From: Candidatus Kapaibacterium sp.
Lineage (GTDB): Bacteria; Bacteroidota; Ignavibacteria; Kapaibacteriales; UBA2268
NCBI GenBank assembly: GCA_963665665.1
Contig: OY762428.1
Location: forward strand, 480,001-544,000
Length of the DNA stretch: 64,000 nt
Direction of reading: 5' to 3'
Below the pieces are notes generated by a model, which saw only the letters and a program-made list of their open reading frames with translations, was not told the DNA's origin and did not search any database. The number at the start of each line of letters is the position of its first letter. Position 1 is the stretch's first letter. The translations under genes and the position numbers were made by a program. Positions 28,195 through 37,453 of the stretch are shown in pieces.

Positions 28195-30543
28195 ATGAAA
28201 AAATTATTTTTTGTAATAGTGTTTTCAATAATATTTGCCATAAACCACCCAATATATCTGAGCAGCCAGGAATTAACCCAGGTAGTCAGGGGAAGAGTAA
28301 TTGACGCTAATAATCAGCATCCTGTTATCGGGGCTACGGTACTAATTGCCGATACAAAACTTGGTTCATTTACACAACAGGATGGTACATTCAAAATAAA
28401 AAACGTACCTGTAGGCAGGCAAAAGCTTGTTGTTCGGTCGGTATCTTATGAAAGCCGGGTTATTGATATTATTGTTGGTTCCGGAAAGGAAATTGTAAAA
28501 ACAATTGAATTGATACCGTCTATTGTTGAAACCGGCGAAGTAAAAGTTGTGGCTGACAGGGGAGGATTTGCATCAATTAATGAAACAGCAATAGTCAGTT
28601 CAACCCTGTTCGACATGGATGATGTGGAGCGTTTTGCAGGAGCCAGGAACGATCCTGCCCGAATGGCTCAGAATTATGCCGGTGTGGTTGGTACTGACGA
28701 TTCCAGAAATGATATAATCATCAGGGGTGGTTCGCCAACAGAACTGCTTTGGAGGGTGGACGGACTTGATATACCCAACCCTAACCATTTTGCCACTCAG
28801 GGGGCTACAGGCGGCCCTGTAAATGCTATAAACAGCCTTCTTCTTGCCAACAGCGACTTTATTACCGGGGCCTTCCCTGCTGAATATACTGACAAAATGA
28901 GCGGTGTATTTGACCTGAAAACAAGAAAGGGCAATGATGAAAAATATGAGTTTACCGGACAGTTTGGTTTTAACGGGTTTGAATTTGGAGCAGAAGGGCC
29001 AACCCCTTTTGAGAGATCTTCATTTATTGCTAACTATAGATATTCATTCCTTGACTTGATTGATAAAATGGGATTCGATCTCGGTTTTGCCGGTATTCCG
29101 CGCTATCAGGACGGTACACTAAAGCTTGATTTTCAAATTGGGCAGGCAGATTATATCAGCCTTACTTCAATTTTTGGTATTAGCGAGATAAATATAAAGG
29201 AATCGGAAGAAGATGATGTTTATACTGGTGATTTTGATATTCTGAACGGTTCCGATTTGTTTACACTTGGTATAAACTGGAAGCATTTATTCTCGAAAAA
29301 AGTATTCTCAACAATGACAACAGGCTATGTTTATTCCAATTACCTTACTGATATGGACTCGATAACCACTGATCCTGAAAATAATGTTTTAAGTGCTGAC
29401 AGGTGGTTTGTTCAGAATTCAGCAGAATCATATATAACTATGAAATATAATCTGAATTACCTTCCTGAGAAGTCTCATTCCCTGGCAATAGGTGCGGAAA
29501 GCCGGATATTGAATTTTAATTTGTCAAGAAAACGAATTGCCGATTATTATGATGGCGGTGAGTTATGGATTAATAAAGCTGACGGTAATGGCCTGCATTT
29601 CCTTTCATTTTTTAATTGGAACTGGCGGCCGGACGCAGACCTGACAGTTAATCTCGGGCTTAGTTCACAATACCATTCAATTAGCAAAAAATATACTGCC
29701 GAGCCAAGAGCATCATTAAGTTACAGGCTGTCAGAAAAGCATAGCTGTGAACTTGGTTTCGGAGTACACAGGCAGTCACTGCCGCTTTCCGTTCTATATT
29801 CAAATCAAAATAATGAAGACCTGGACTTCATGCAGTCAGTTCATTACATTGCAGGATACTCCTGGCAGCCTTTCGGAGAACTTATGTTAAAGGCAGAAAT
29901 ATATTATAAAAATTTGAGTAAAATACCGGTTGAAGCACAAGAAAGAAGTGCGTGGTCATTCCTGAACACCGGAGCCGATTACGGCGCTGTTACCTACGAC
30001 GACAGGGAATTAAAAAGTACGGGTAATGGAAAAGCTTATGGATTTGATTTTTCAGCAACAAAACATTTTACAGATGGGTACTACATTACAGGAACTGCAA
30101 GCTTTATCAGACAGAAATATGAAGGGTCTGACGGAATTGAACGAAACGGAGCTTTCGATAATAAATTCGTATTTAATCTGTTAGCAGGATACGAATGGAA
30201 ATTAAGCGAAACACACTCCCTTGATTTTTCTGGAAAATATATTATTGCCGGTGGTGTTCCTTACACTCCTGTCGATCCTGAAAAATCAAAAGAAGCAAGC
30301 AGAACTGAACATTTAGAAGATGAAGCATTTTCATTAAGATATGATGATTATAGCAAATTTGATATTAAAGTGGAATTCAGACATAATTATCCTGGCTTTG
30401 CAATTATCAGTTTTATATCGGCAGAAAATATTTTTAATCAGAACAATCCCCTGATGTACCTTTACGACGTAAAAAATGATAATATTAAGCGGGTAAATCA
30501 ACTCGGAACATTTATTGTTGGCGGCTTTAGAATAGAATTTTAA
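28195..30543 (+). CDS. TonB-dependent receptor with an N-terminal carboxypeptidase-regulatory-like domain
   Basis: VRGRVID...GATV, plug motif RNDIIIRGGSP..VDGLDIPNPNHF, and C-terminal GFRIEF. Confidence 0.92.
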   Translation: MKKLFFVIVFSIIFAINHPIYLSSQELTQVVRGRVIDANNQHPVIGATVLIADTKLGSFTQQDGTFKIKNVPVGRQKLVVRSVSYESRVIDIIVGSGKEIVKTIELIPSIVETGEVKVVADRGGFASINETAIVSSTLFDMDDVERFAGARNDPARMAQNYAGVVGTDDSRNDIIIRGGSPTELLWRVDGLDIPNPNHFATQGATGGPVNAINSLLLANSDFITGAFPAEYTDKMSGVFDLKTRKGNDEKYEFTGQFGFNGFEFGAEGPTPFERSSFIANYRYSFLDLIDKMGFDLGFAGIPRYQDGTLKLDFQIGQADYISLTSIFGISEINIKESEEDDVYTGDFDILNGSDLFTLGINWKHLFSKKVFSTMTTGYVYSNYLTDMDSITTDPENNVLSADRWFVQNSAESYITMKYNLNYLPEKSHSLAIGAESRILNFNLSRKRIADYYDGGELWINKADGNGLHFLSFFNWNWRPDADLTVNLGLSSQYHSISKKYTAEPRASLSYRLSEKHSCELGFGVHRQSLPLSVLYSNQNNEDLDFMQSVHYIAGYSWQPFGELMLKAEIYYKNLSKIPVEAQERSAWSFLNTGADYGAVTYDDRELKSTGNGKAYGFDFSATKHFTDGYYITGTASFIRQKYEGSDGIERNGAFDNKFVFNLLAGYEWKLSETHSLDFSGKYIIAGGVPYTPVDPEKSKEASRTEHLEDEAFSLRYDDYSKFDIKVEFRHNYPGFAIISFISAENIFNQNNPLMYLYDVKNDNIKRVNQLGTFIVGGFRIEF

Positions 30544-30589
30544 CGATGGGTGGAATATCCAAAAATTGAAAGTATTTAATGATGTATGA

Positions 30590-31459
30590 TTATCGCCCGG
30601 GCTTTTCATTGGAATAGTTTTTCAGAAAAAACAACTCTCCCGGTGTAAGCGATTCCTGTCCGCTATCAAGAATTTTGTCAAGAATATAGTCAAGCCTTTC
30701 TTCAGGCTCCATATCAAAATTCTCATATTCTTCAGGAATTTCGGAATCATGTTTTCTACTGTTGGCCCTGTATGATTTCTCGGCACTTATCATAGCCATT
30801 CTCAGTTCTTCAGGATTAGGAATATCCGGTTCGGAATTTTTTTCTTCTGATTTCAAAAAAGACTTTAAGAACCTGATTTGCAGATAACACAGGGATGCCG
30901 TCAGTATTCCGAATAGTGCAGAAGCAGAAGAAATGAGTACAGCATCGCTACCGGTATCATAAATATAATAAAATTTTATACTGCCCCACAATGCTATCAG
31001 TGCAGTAATTATAAACACCAGCCTGAGTGAAGGAGCAAACCGAACCTTTAAATGGGTTGAAGGATTCATATAAACGAAAAGTGTAAGAACAAAAAAACTG
31101 ATTCCTTCCAATCCGCTTAAAGCAGAAGAACTATTCCAGAAAAGAAGAGTATGGATTACTCCCTGAAGGAATATTAACGGTGGTAATAACGATAAGAATA
31201 CACCACCTTTAAGTATTTTTTCAAGCCTTGGAGCTACAAGATAGAATGTAAACAAAAATAAAACAAGGCCTTCGGCAGACGTAGTTGCAAATGGAAATGA
31301 TATCAGCCGCCAATATTCCGATTTATTAATAACTAATCCCGGCACAAGCTCCAAAGCAGAACTAATTATCCCGCCAAGGAAAATGTCAATAACAATTAGC
31401 AGAAATACCAGCGGTATTATCTTTTGTGAATGTGTCCCTATAGTCCTGATACCAAACAA
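30590..31459 (-). CDS. Rhomboid-like membrane protein (catalytic dyad apparently absent) with a DUF6576-like tail
   Basis: EYWRLIS and LEKIL motifs. SGLEG replaces GxSG and no His is visible in TM6. Tail reads LDYILDKILDSGQESLT. Confidence 0.7.
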   Translation of the reverse strand: MFGIRTIGTHSQKIIPLVFLLIVIDIFLGGIISSALELVPGLVINKSEYWRLISFPFATTSAEGLVLFLFTFYLVAPRLEKILKGGVFLSLLPPLIFLQGVIHTLLFWNSSSALSGLEGISFFVLTLFVYMNPSTHLKVRFAPSLRLVFIITALIALWGSIKFYYIYDTGSDAVLISSASALFGILTASLCYLQIRFLKSFLKSEEKNSEPDIPNPEELRMAMISAEKSYRANSRKHDSEIPEEYENFDMEPEERLDYILDKILDSGQESLTPGELFFLKNYSNEKPGR

Positions 31460-31466
31460 TTTTCCA

Positions 31467-33809
31467 TTATCTCAGGTTTAATATTATCGAATATGGATAA
31501 GGGCTGAAGTGTCCCGGTTTCGGTGACTTATTCAAACCCGAATATTCAAAATTAGAATATTTTCTTATATTTTCAAAATAAGCAATTGAAAAAGGTATTT
31601 CATCTCCGGGATATAAAGTAACGTCTTCATCTCCATTACCTGTTTCAAGTTTACGCCTGAATTCAACGACCCACATGCCGTCCTTGTACTGCCCCTTTGC
31701 TTGAATATCTCCCCTTCCGTTTTCAGGCGATTCCTGCGTACCAAGAAGCCATCCGGGCACATAGTCCCCTATACTCCAGGACGCACCTGTAATAGGGTTA
31801 TTATCCGGACTGAAATCTACTGATGAATTTTTCCAAAGATACCTGCTCTTGTCGAAACCGTTATTGCCATTGGCAGGCAGTTTAAGTGGTAAATAGGATG
31901 TTGAAGTATAATTAGGGTTAGCAAATTCATTGCCGTCATCTCCCGAGCGCCTGTCGGGGTTAATTCCGTCAAGCCCCGAAGCATAATAGTCATCTGCATA
32001 GCCCTGGGGATTAGTTGTTGCCGCTTTCCAGTACCAGATATCAATTGTGCCTTCAGCAGGATAGAAACCGCTTTCATAATAGTTAAGCGATTTTGCAGTA
32101 TGGCAGGCAGTCATACAACCTATCTCGTCAAAAACTTCGTCATTATCTCCGAAAACAACATAGGAAACCGGAAATACAAGCCCTATTCCATCCTGGCCGT
32201 CAGATTCCATTTTCCAGTTCTTGTCATCTGAAGCATCACCCCCGTTGAAAACCAGCTTATTTGGAAGGTCATTTTTTGTATCATCTTCAATTTTTACAAG
32301 AAAATATATATACTCCTGGTCATAAATTGCCCTTAAATATCCTTTTATCATTCTGTTATCACCGGAAGAAGGTTCTACCTGATTCATTTCAAGATACATC
32401 TCTTCAGTTTCATTCCATTCAGGGTCGGAATCATCGCCGTCAATTGTAGGAGCAGTATAAACTTCCGTGGCATCAAGGGTTAAATCCTGAATAGCATTGA
32501 CAGTAGCGCTAACCGGTATATTATAAATTTTATTATTAGATGTTGTAATTGTAAAAATATCATTTATCGTTCCGAAATTTTTAGGGGTGAATCTCAGTGA
32601 AATTTGCACCGATGCACCGGCCTGTAAAGTTCCTTCGGGATCAGATTCAACAAACAGCGAACTGTCTGCACCGGTTTTAAATTCAGTTGAGTAGTCAACT
32701 GAATTATCAGAAATATTTTTTAGAGTAATTTTAAATAATCTGGAAGCTTCAATCTGCACCTGCCCGAAATTAATTTCATCCGGAGCAATTTCAAGATCAT
32801 CTGCCATATATGCTTCGCCTGTCAGAGATACTTTATATTCTGCGTCTTCACCAAATGTAATATTTGCGGAATATTCTTTTGCCTTGGTGGGAGAAAACCT
32901 GATTATAATGGAATCTTTTTCACCGGGCTGGAGAGTTGTCATGTAATTATTGATAATTTCAAAATACTCTTTGTCATCGCCTTCTATCGCAATATCAACT
33001 TCAGCTTCTATCTCGGACTTATTTTCGTAAGTGACTGTTCTTTCCTCTGTGGCACCAACAAGAATCCTGCCGAAATCCAAGCCTCTTGTTGACAGATCCA
33101 GATTGATAACACTGGTAGCGCTTCCCTGCAATGCTACAATTGCGAAAGTATCAACTTTTACTGCAGCACTGAATTGGCCGTCCATTGTAGGATGGAATTC
33201 AATACCAACGTCTGATGATTCCTCAGGTGAAAGAGTCAAGGATTTTTCGGTGGTGATTGTAAAGGCATTATCTTCGTTTGTTTGAAAACTAAGTAATATT
33301 TCAACTGATGTTTGTGACAGATTAGTGATTTTGAATGATTTGTTATCTGTTTTGCCGGTTTTTAAAACTCCAAAGTCTATTTCAAGAGGGGCAACCGCTA
33401 ATTCGGAATTTGTCCAGGCATCGCCTTTTAAAATCACTTTAAATTCGCCAATATTTAGCAGAGCGGAGTATTCTCCCGGAACGGTAGGTACAAATTTAAC
33501 TGACATTTTATTATCGGAATCAGCATCGATACTAATATTTTCTTCCGGAGTTGGAATAAAAGCAGAACTATCAGTTCCTGAAACAGAAATATTCAGGGTT
33601 TGTTCTGATTTCATAGAGTTTGTTAACGTCAGTTCCAAAGTTTCGGCTTTACCAATTTCAACGCTCCCGAAATCAAGCTCAATCTTGTCGATTGTTACTT
33701 CTCCGTTATCAACAGGGTTGTTTTTATCATCATCGCCGCATGATTGAAGGATCAATATTGTTAGAAAAGAAAAAACAAGGGCATAAGCCCTTATATTAAA
33801 AATATTCAT
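31467..33809 (-). CDS. Lipoprotein with four Ig-like (ASH/choice-of-anchor D) repeats and a C-terminal ethylbenzene-dehydrogenase-gamma-like (EB_dh/DOMON) heme domain
   Basis: Lipobox LQSC. Four [LI][DN]FG...F.P repeats. EB_dh-like motifs APTIDG, AIYDQEYIYF, GCMTACH, DIWYWKA and GMWVVEFRRKL. Confidence 0.8.
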   Translation of the reverse strand: MNIFNIRAYALVFSFLTILILQSCGDDDKNNPVDNGEVTIDKIELDFGSVEIGKAETLELTLTNSMKSEQTLNISVSGTDSSAFIPTPEENISIDADSDNKMSVKFVPTVPGEYSALLNIGEFKVILKGDAWTNSELAVAPLEIDFGVLKTGKTDNKSFKITNLSQTSVEILLSFQTNEDNAFTITTEKSLTLSPEESSDVGIEFHPTMDGQFSAAVKVDTFAIVALQGSATSVINLDLSTRGLDFGRILVGATEERTVTYENKSEIEAEVDIAIEGDDKEYFEIINNYMTTLQPGEKDSIIIRFSPTKAKEYSANITFGEDAEYKVSLTGEAYMADDLEIAPDEINFGQVQIEASRLFKITLKNISDNSVDYSTEFKTGADSSLFVESDPEGTLQAGASVQISLRFTPKNFGTINDIFTITTSNNKIYNIPVSATVNAIQDLTLDATEVYTAPTIDGDDSDPEWNETEEMYLEMNQVEPSSGDNRMIKGYLRAIYDQEYIYFLVKIEDDTKNDLPNKLVFNGGDASDDKNWKMESDGQDGIGLVFPVSYVVFGDNDEVFDEIGCMTACHTAKSLNYYESGFYPAEGTIDIWYWKAATTNPQGYADDYYASGLDGINPDRRSGDDGNEFANPNYTSTSYLPLKLPANGNNGFDKSRYLWKNSSVDFSPDNNPITGASWSIGDYVPGWLLGTQESPENGRGDIQAKGQYKDGMWVVEFRRKLETGNGDEDVTLYPGDEIPFSIAYFENIRKYSNFEYSGLNKSPKPGHFSPYPYSIILNLR

Positions 33810-33841
33810 TATAATTCGCGTTATTTGTTTTTATTTATAAA

Positions 33842-34336
33842 TTATTTTAGCGAGTCCAACAAATCGTCAACTTTTTCAATTGTCATAAATTCATAATAGT
33901 CTTCGTTAATGGCTATCATGGGTCCGCCACCGCAGGCACCCATGCATTCAACTTCTTCAAGCGAAAATTTGGCGTCGTCGGTTCGTTCGTTGTGCCCAAT
34001 GTTGAGTTTGTTTGAAACGTGTTCGTATATCTTATCGCCGCCCATCAGCATACATGATACATTTGTGCAAACCTGTACATGATATTTACCCATAGGTTTT
34101 TTGAAATACATGGTATAAAAGGTGGCTACACCATAAACATGTGAATATGAAAGCCCTAAAAGGTCGGCAATATATCTCATTACTTCTTTTGAAATCCATC
34201 CGAATTTCTTCTGGGCCATCCAGAGCAGTGGCATTACTGCTGATTGGTTATCCGGATATTTTGCTTTAATATTTTCAACTTGTTTAAGTTCTTCTTCCGA
34301 AAAAACAATTTCTTCCTGAACATGAACATCTGACAT
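33842..34336 (-). CDS. nuoE: NADH-quinone oxidoreductase subunit E (2Fe-2S)
   Basis: Motifs SAVMPLL, GVATFYTMY, VCTNVSC and ECMGAC. ATG 34336 is preferred (alternative start 34384). Confidence 0.92.
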   Translation of the reverse strand: MSDVHVQEEIVFSEEELKQVENIKAKYPDNQSAVMPLLWMAQKKFGWISKEVMRYIADLLGLSYSHVYGVATFYTMYFKKPMGKYHVQVCTNVSCMLMGGDKIYEHVSNKLNIGHNERTDDAKFSLEEVECMGACGGGPMIAINEDYYEFMTIEKVDDLLDSLK

Positions 34337-34393
34337 AGTATTTCTCTGTGCTTGTGAATTATTTATTTCATTTATGATTTTCAAATCTATCTA

Positions 34394-35299
34394 TCAGGAA
34401 TAAGGCCCTTTTTTGAACCTGCCCACAAACATTCCAACTGAAAGCCAGTGCTTCATTGCTATCAGTAACTTATGGGCTGTTGCTACCCTGATCTTTTTTC
34501 TGTAAACATTATAATCATTCAATTCAATTTTTTCCAGGAGGCGATAATATATGGCATCCATAATTTCCGGGGCAATAGTATTTGTTCTTTCATCTGTTCT
34601 GAGTGATGTTCTTGCCTTGTGATAATATTTTTTTGCCCTGTTTGCCTGGAATGTCATCATTTCGATAAAATTATCATTATAAACCTCGTTGAGCAAATCA
34701 TTCTGGCTGTAGCCAAATCTTCTCATATCTTCTGCCGGCAGATAAATGTAGCCGCGATCTTTATCAATCTTGATATCCCTGAGAATATTTGTTAGCTGCA
34801 GGGCATAACCGAGATTAATCGCATAATTTTTGGTTTCTTCATACCGGTATCCGAATATTTCAATACTCATCAGGCCAACAACACTGGCAACGCTATAACA
34901 ATAGTTCTTAAGGTCTTCGAAAGTTTCGTACCTTTTCTGAACCAGGTCACGCCTGCAACCGTCTATCAGAGTATGAAAATACTGCCCGGGAATATTGAAC
35001 CTTTTAACAAGTGCACCAAAAGGAGCAATTAAAGGACCGGCACTATCGCTGTAAATTCTTTCTATTTCGTTGTCCCACCAGGCCAGCCTGTCCATTTTCT
35101 TTTGTATTACGATACTATTGTTAGATGGCGTACTGTCAACAATATCATCGATATAACTACAAAAAGCATAAACAGAATTGATTGCCTGCCTTTCTTCTTT
35201 TGGCAGGAAAGAAAACGAATACCGGAAATTTGATTTTTCAAGTTCCGGCGGTTCTGCCTGCTCGTGATGAGCCAGGTGTATTTGAGTTAATGCTTCCAT
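34394..35299 (-). CDS. hpnD: Presqualene diphosphate synthase HpnD (squalene/phytoene synthase family)
   Basis: Motifs SNFRYSFSFLP, YAFCSYIDDIVD, YCYSVASVVG and LQLTNILRD; start overlaps the hpnC stop. Confidence 0.85.
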   Translation of the reverse strand: MEALTQIHLAHHEQAEPPELEKSNFRYSFSFLPKEERQAINSVYAFCSYIDDIVDSTPSNNSIVIQKKMDRLAWWDNEIERIYSDSAGPLIAPFGALVKRFNIPGQYFHTLIDGCRRDLVQKRYETFEDLKNYCYSVASVVGLMSIEIFGYRYEETKNYAINLGYALQLTNILRDIKIDKDRGYIYLPAEDMRRFGYSQNDLLNEVYNDNFIEMMTFQANRAKKYYHKARTSLRTDERTNTIAPEIMDAIYYRLLEKIELNDYNVYRKKIRVATAHKLLIAMKHWLSVGMFVGRFKKGPYS

Positions 35300-36243
35300 C
35301 AGAATAATACTCTGTGTTTGAATAATGACCTAATTAAAACCGAAATAATCCCGGTTTTATTGATTTTCGGCCTTCGAAATAAAATCTCCGCTTTCAATTT
35401 CCTGGTTTTATCTAAAATAGTCATTCCTCCTTCGATTGTTACTGCAATTTCAGCTTTCAATCGAAGAGGTTTAAGATACTCAACCAGTTTCACCCCTATT
35501 TTAAAAAAATTTTCTGAATAATCATAGATTTCATTTAAAATTTCTTCAACTTTTTTACTATTTTCGGAATACTGTATATTTTCCTGTGTTATTTTATACT
35601 TATTCATCAAATTTTCGGGTATATAGAAGCGTCCGATTTTCATATCACGCGAAAGATCCTGCCAAAAATTTACAAGCTGCAAACCTGTACAAATTTTATC
35701 AGACAGATAGGCATTCTTTTCATTATACTGATCAAATATCCTCAGAACCAATTCGCCCACCGGATTGGCAGAATGCTCACAGTAATATTCCAGGTCTGTA
35801 TAATCCTGTGGCTGCCTGAAGTTAACATCCATTATAAAAGCATCGATCAATTTTTCCAATGGTTCGGGAGGGATCAGCTTTGTCTTCATTGTTTTTTTCA
35901 GGGCCATGAAAACTGGATTGCCGGCCTGATGATAATTTTCCGAATTTAACTCAGTTTTCATGCCTTCAAGAAGTTCTATCCGTTTTTCTTTAGGATAATC
36001 AGTTAATTCATCGGAAATATCATCAGCTATGCGTGAAAAAGCATAGACTGCAAATATATGAGGCCTTTGTTCCCCGGGTATTAACATCGATCCCACGGGG
36101 AAATTCTCATAATGGGTTTGTGCTCTTTGCCTGCAGAAATCGTAAGCTGCATCCGGGTTATCAACAGCAAAACGCCCTCCATCCGGCGAAGCAAGGCTGA
36201 ATAAATCCTCAGCTGTATATTTTTTTGAACTCAGACTACCCAT
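35299..36243 (-). CDS. hpnC: Hydroxysqualene synthase HpnC
   Basis: Motifs HYENFPVGS, YAFSRIADDISDE, SANPVGELVL and ICTGLQLVNFWQD. Confidence 0.92.
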   Translation of the reverse strand: MGSLSSKKYTAEDLFSLASPDGGRFAVDNPDAAYDFCRQRAQTHYENFPVGSMLIPGEQRPHIFAVYAFSRIADDISDELTDYPKEKRIELLEGMKTELNSENYHQAGNPVFMALKKTMKTKLIPPEPLEKLIDAFIMDVNFRQPQDYTDLEYYCEHSANPVGELVLRIFDQYNEKNAYLSDKICTGLQLVNFWQDLSRDMKIGRFYIPENLMNKYKITQENIQYSENSKKVEEILNEIYDYSENFFKIGVKLVEYLKPLRLKAEIAVTIEGGMTILDKTRKLKAEILFRRPKINKTGIISVLIRSLFKHRVLF

Positions 36244-36383
36244 ATAAATATCGACTAACTATTTGTAGTATCATTGAACAGGCAACTGTTGTTTTGCCTG
36301 CTTATACAAATTTAATACAATAACTTCAAATATCTAAATTAATTAAGACAAATATAACAGTAAGGTAATATAAATAAGATGTT

Positions 36384-36734
36384 CTAATCTATCAAAGCAT
36401 TAATTTCCTTTTTATTCAGGCCTGTAGCCTGAATGATAATATCTATATCAATTCCATTATTAAGCATTTTCTTTGCAACTTCAATTTTTGCCTTTCGTTT
36501 GCCTTCGGCCATTCCTTTCTCAATCCCTTTTTCGACACCATCTTTATATCCCAATTCTTTGCCTTCATCACGGGCAGTATCAATGGAATTTTTTAAATCC
36601 CGGTAATATTTCAGGCTATCATCATAGTTCATTACCTGTTCCGGAGTAAATTTTGCGATTTCAGCAGTTTCAAAAAGTTTCTTAAATCCGTAATCGGTAA
36701 AAGGATTAATATATTTTTCTTTAAAATGATGCAT
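36384..36734 (-). CDS. Mini-Rpn: N-terminal motif fused in frame to the C-terminal domain, nuclease core deleted
   Basis: ATG 36734 follows GGAGG. KYINPFTDYGFKKLF is joined directly to ETAEIAKFTPEQ...YYRDLKNSIDTA (compare 25483..26340). It could equally be a pseudogene. Confidence 0.75.
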   Translation of the reverse strand: MHHFKEKYINPFTDYGFKKLFETAEIAKFTPEQVMNYDDSLKYYRDLKNSIDTARDEGKELGYKDGVEKGIEKGMAEGKRKAKIEVAKKMLNNGIDIDIIIQATGLNKKEINALID

Positions 36735-36837
36735 TCTCAACCTCCGACCAAAATTCATTTATTTTTCTGTTCCATCTTTTTAATAAATGTAACAAATTCT
36801 TTCAAATTTCCAAAAAAGGATAAGATTAAGAAGCATC

Positions 36838-36870
36838 AAAAAAAGCCGGCAAATTGAACTTTGCCGGCTT
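36838..36870 (-). terminator. Intrinsic terminator after the STAS gene
   Basis: AAGCCGGCAAA / TTTGCCGGCTT stem with an A-tract on the left, which is a U-tract on the minus strand. Confidence 0.88.
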
Positions 36871-36896
36871 CTAATATTTAAAGATAGCAATAATTC

Positions 36897-37244
36897 TTAT
36901 TCTGCCGCTGTTTCCACAGTATCAAAAATTTTAAATACTTTATCAAGATGTGTCATGGTTAGTAATTCCAATACTTTTTCCGGAACAGAAGCAAGTTTAA
37001 GAGGAATGCCGTGCTTGCGCAAAGTGCTAAGGCCGCTGACAAGCATTCCCAGCCCGGAACTGTTGATAAGTTCAACATCAGCAAGATCAACAATCACGGA
37101 TTTAATTTCTTTTTCAATCAGTTCATGAAGTGTGGATGTGAAGCCGAAAGCTTCATTCCCGCCGAGAACGCTTTTACCGAGTTTTATTACCCAGATTCCG
37201 TCCCTATATTCATCTGTACTGTATTTCACTGTGTCGTTGCTCAT
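36897..37244 (-). CDS. STAS-domain anti-sigma factor antagonist
   Basis: VDLADVELINSSGLGMLV and THLDKVFKIF; 115 aa. Confidence 0.92.
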   Translation of the reverse strand: MSNDTVKYSTDEYRDGIWVIKLGKSVLGGNEAFGFTSTLHELIEKEIKSVIVDLADVELINSSGLGMLVSGLSTLRKHGIPLKLASVPEKVLELLTMTHLDKVFKIFDTVETAAE

Positions 37245-37320
37245 CAGATTCCTCTTATATTATGTAAAATCTTTCATTTTGTACCAGACATAGCAATTTA
37301 TTTGGAAATATTGAAAATTC

Positions 37321-37394
37321 TGACCTCTCCAAACCCCTCCGAAGGAGGGGCTCATTTTTAGCCATCCCCTTCGGGGAGGGTTTGGGAGGGGTCA
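37321..37394. repeat. GC-rich palindromic REP-like element (CCCCTCC...GGAGGGG type)
   Basis: Outer arms TGACCTCTCCAAACCC / GGGTTTGGGAGGGGTCA, with inner hairpins CCCCTCCGAAGGAGGGG and TCCCCTTCGGGGA. Confidence 0.7.
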
Positions 37395-37453
37395 GTCAAT
37401 TTATTCATCTTAACTTTCAACATTATAAAATTGCCTGGAAAAACTAATATTTC

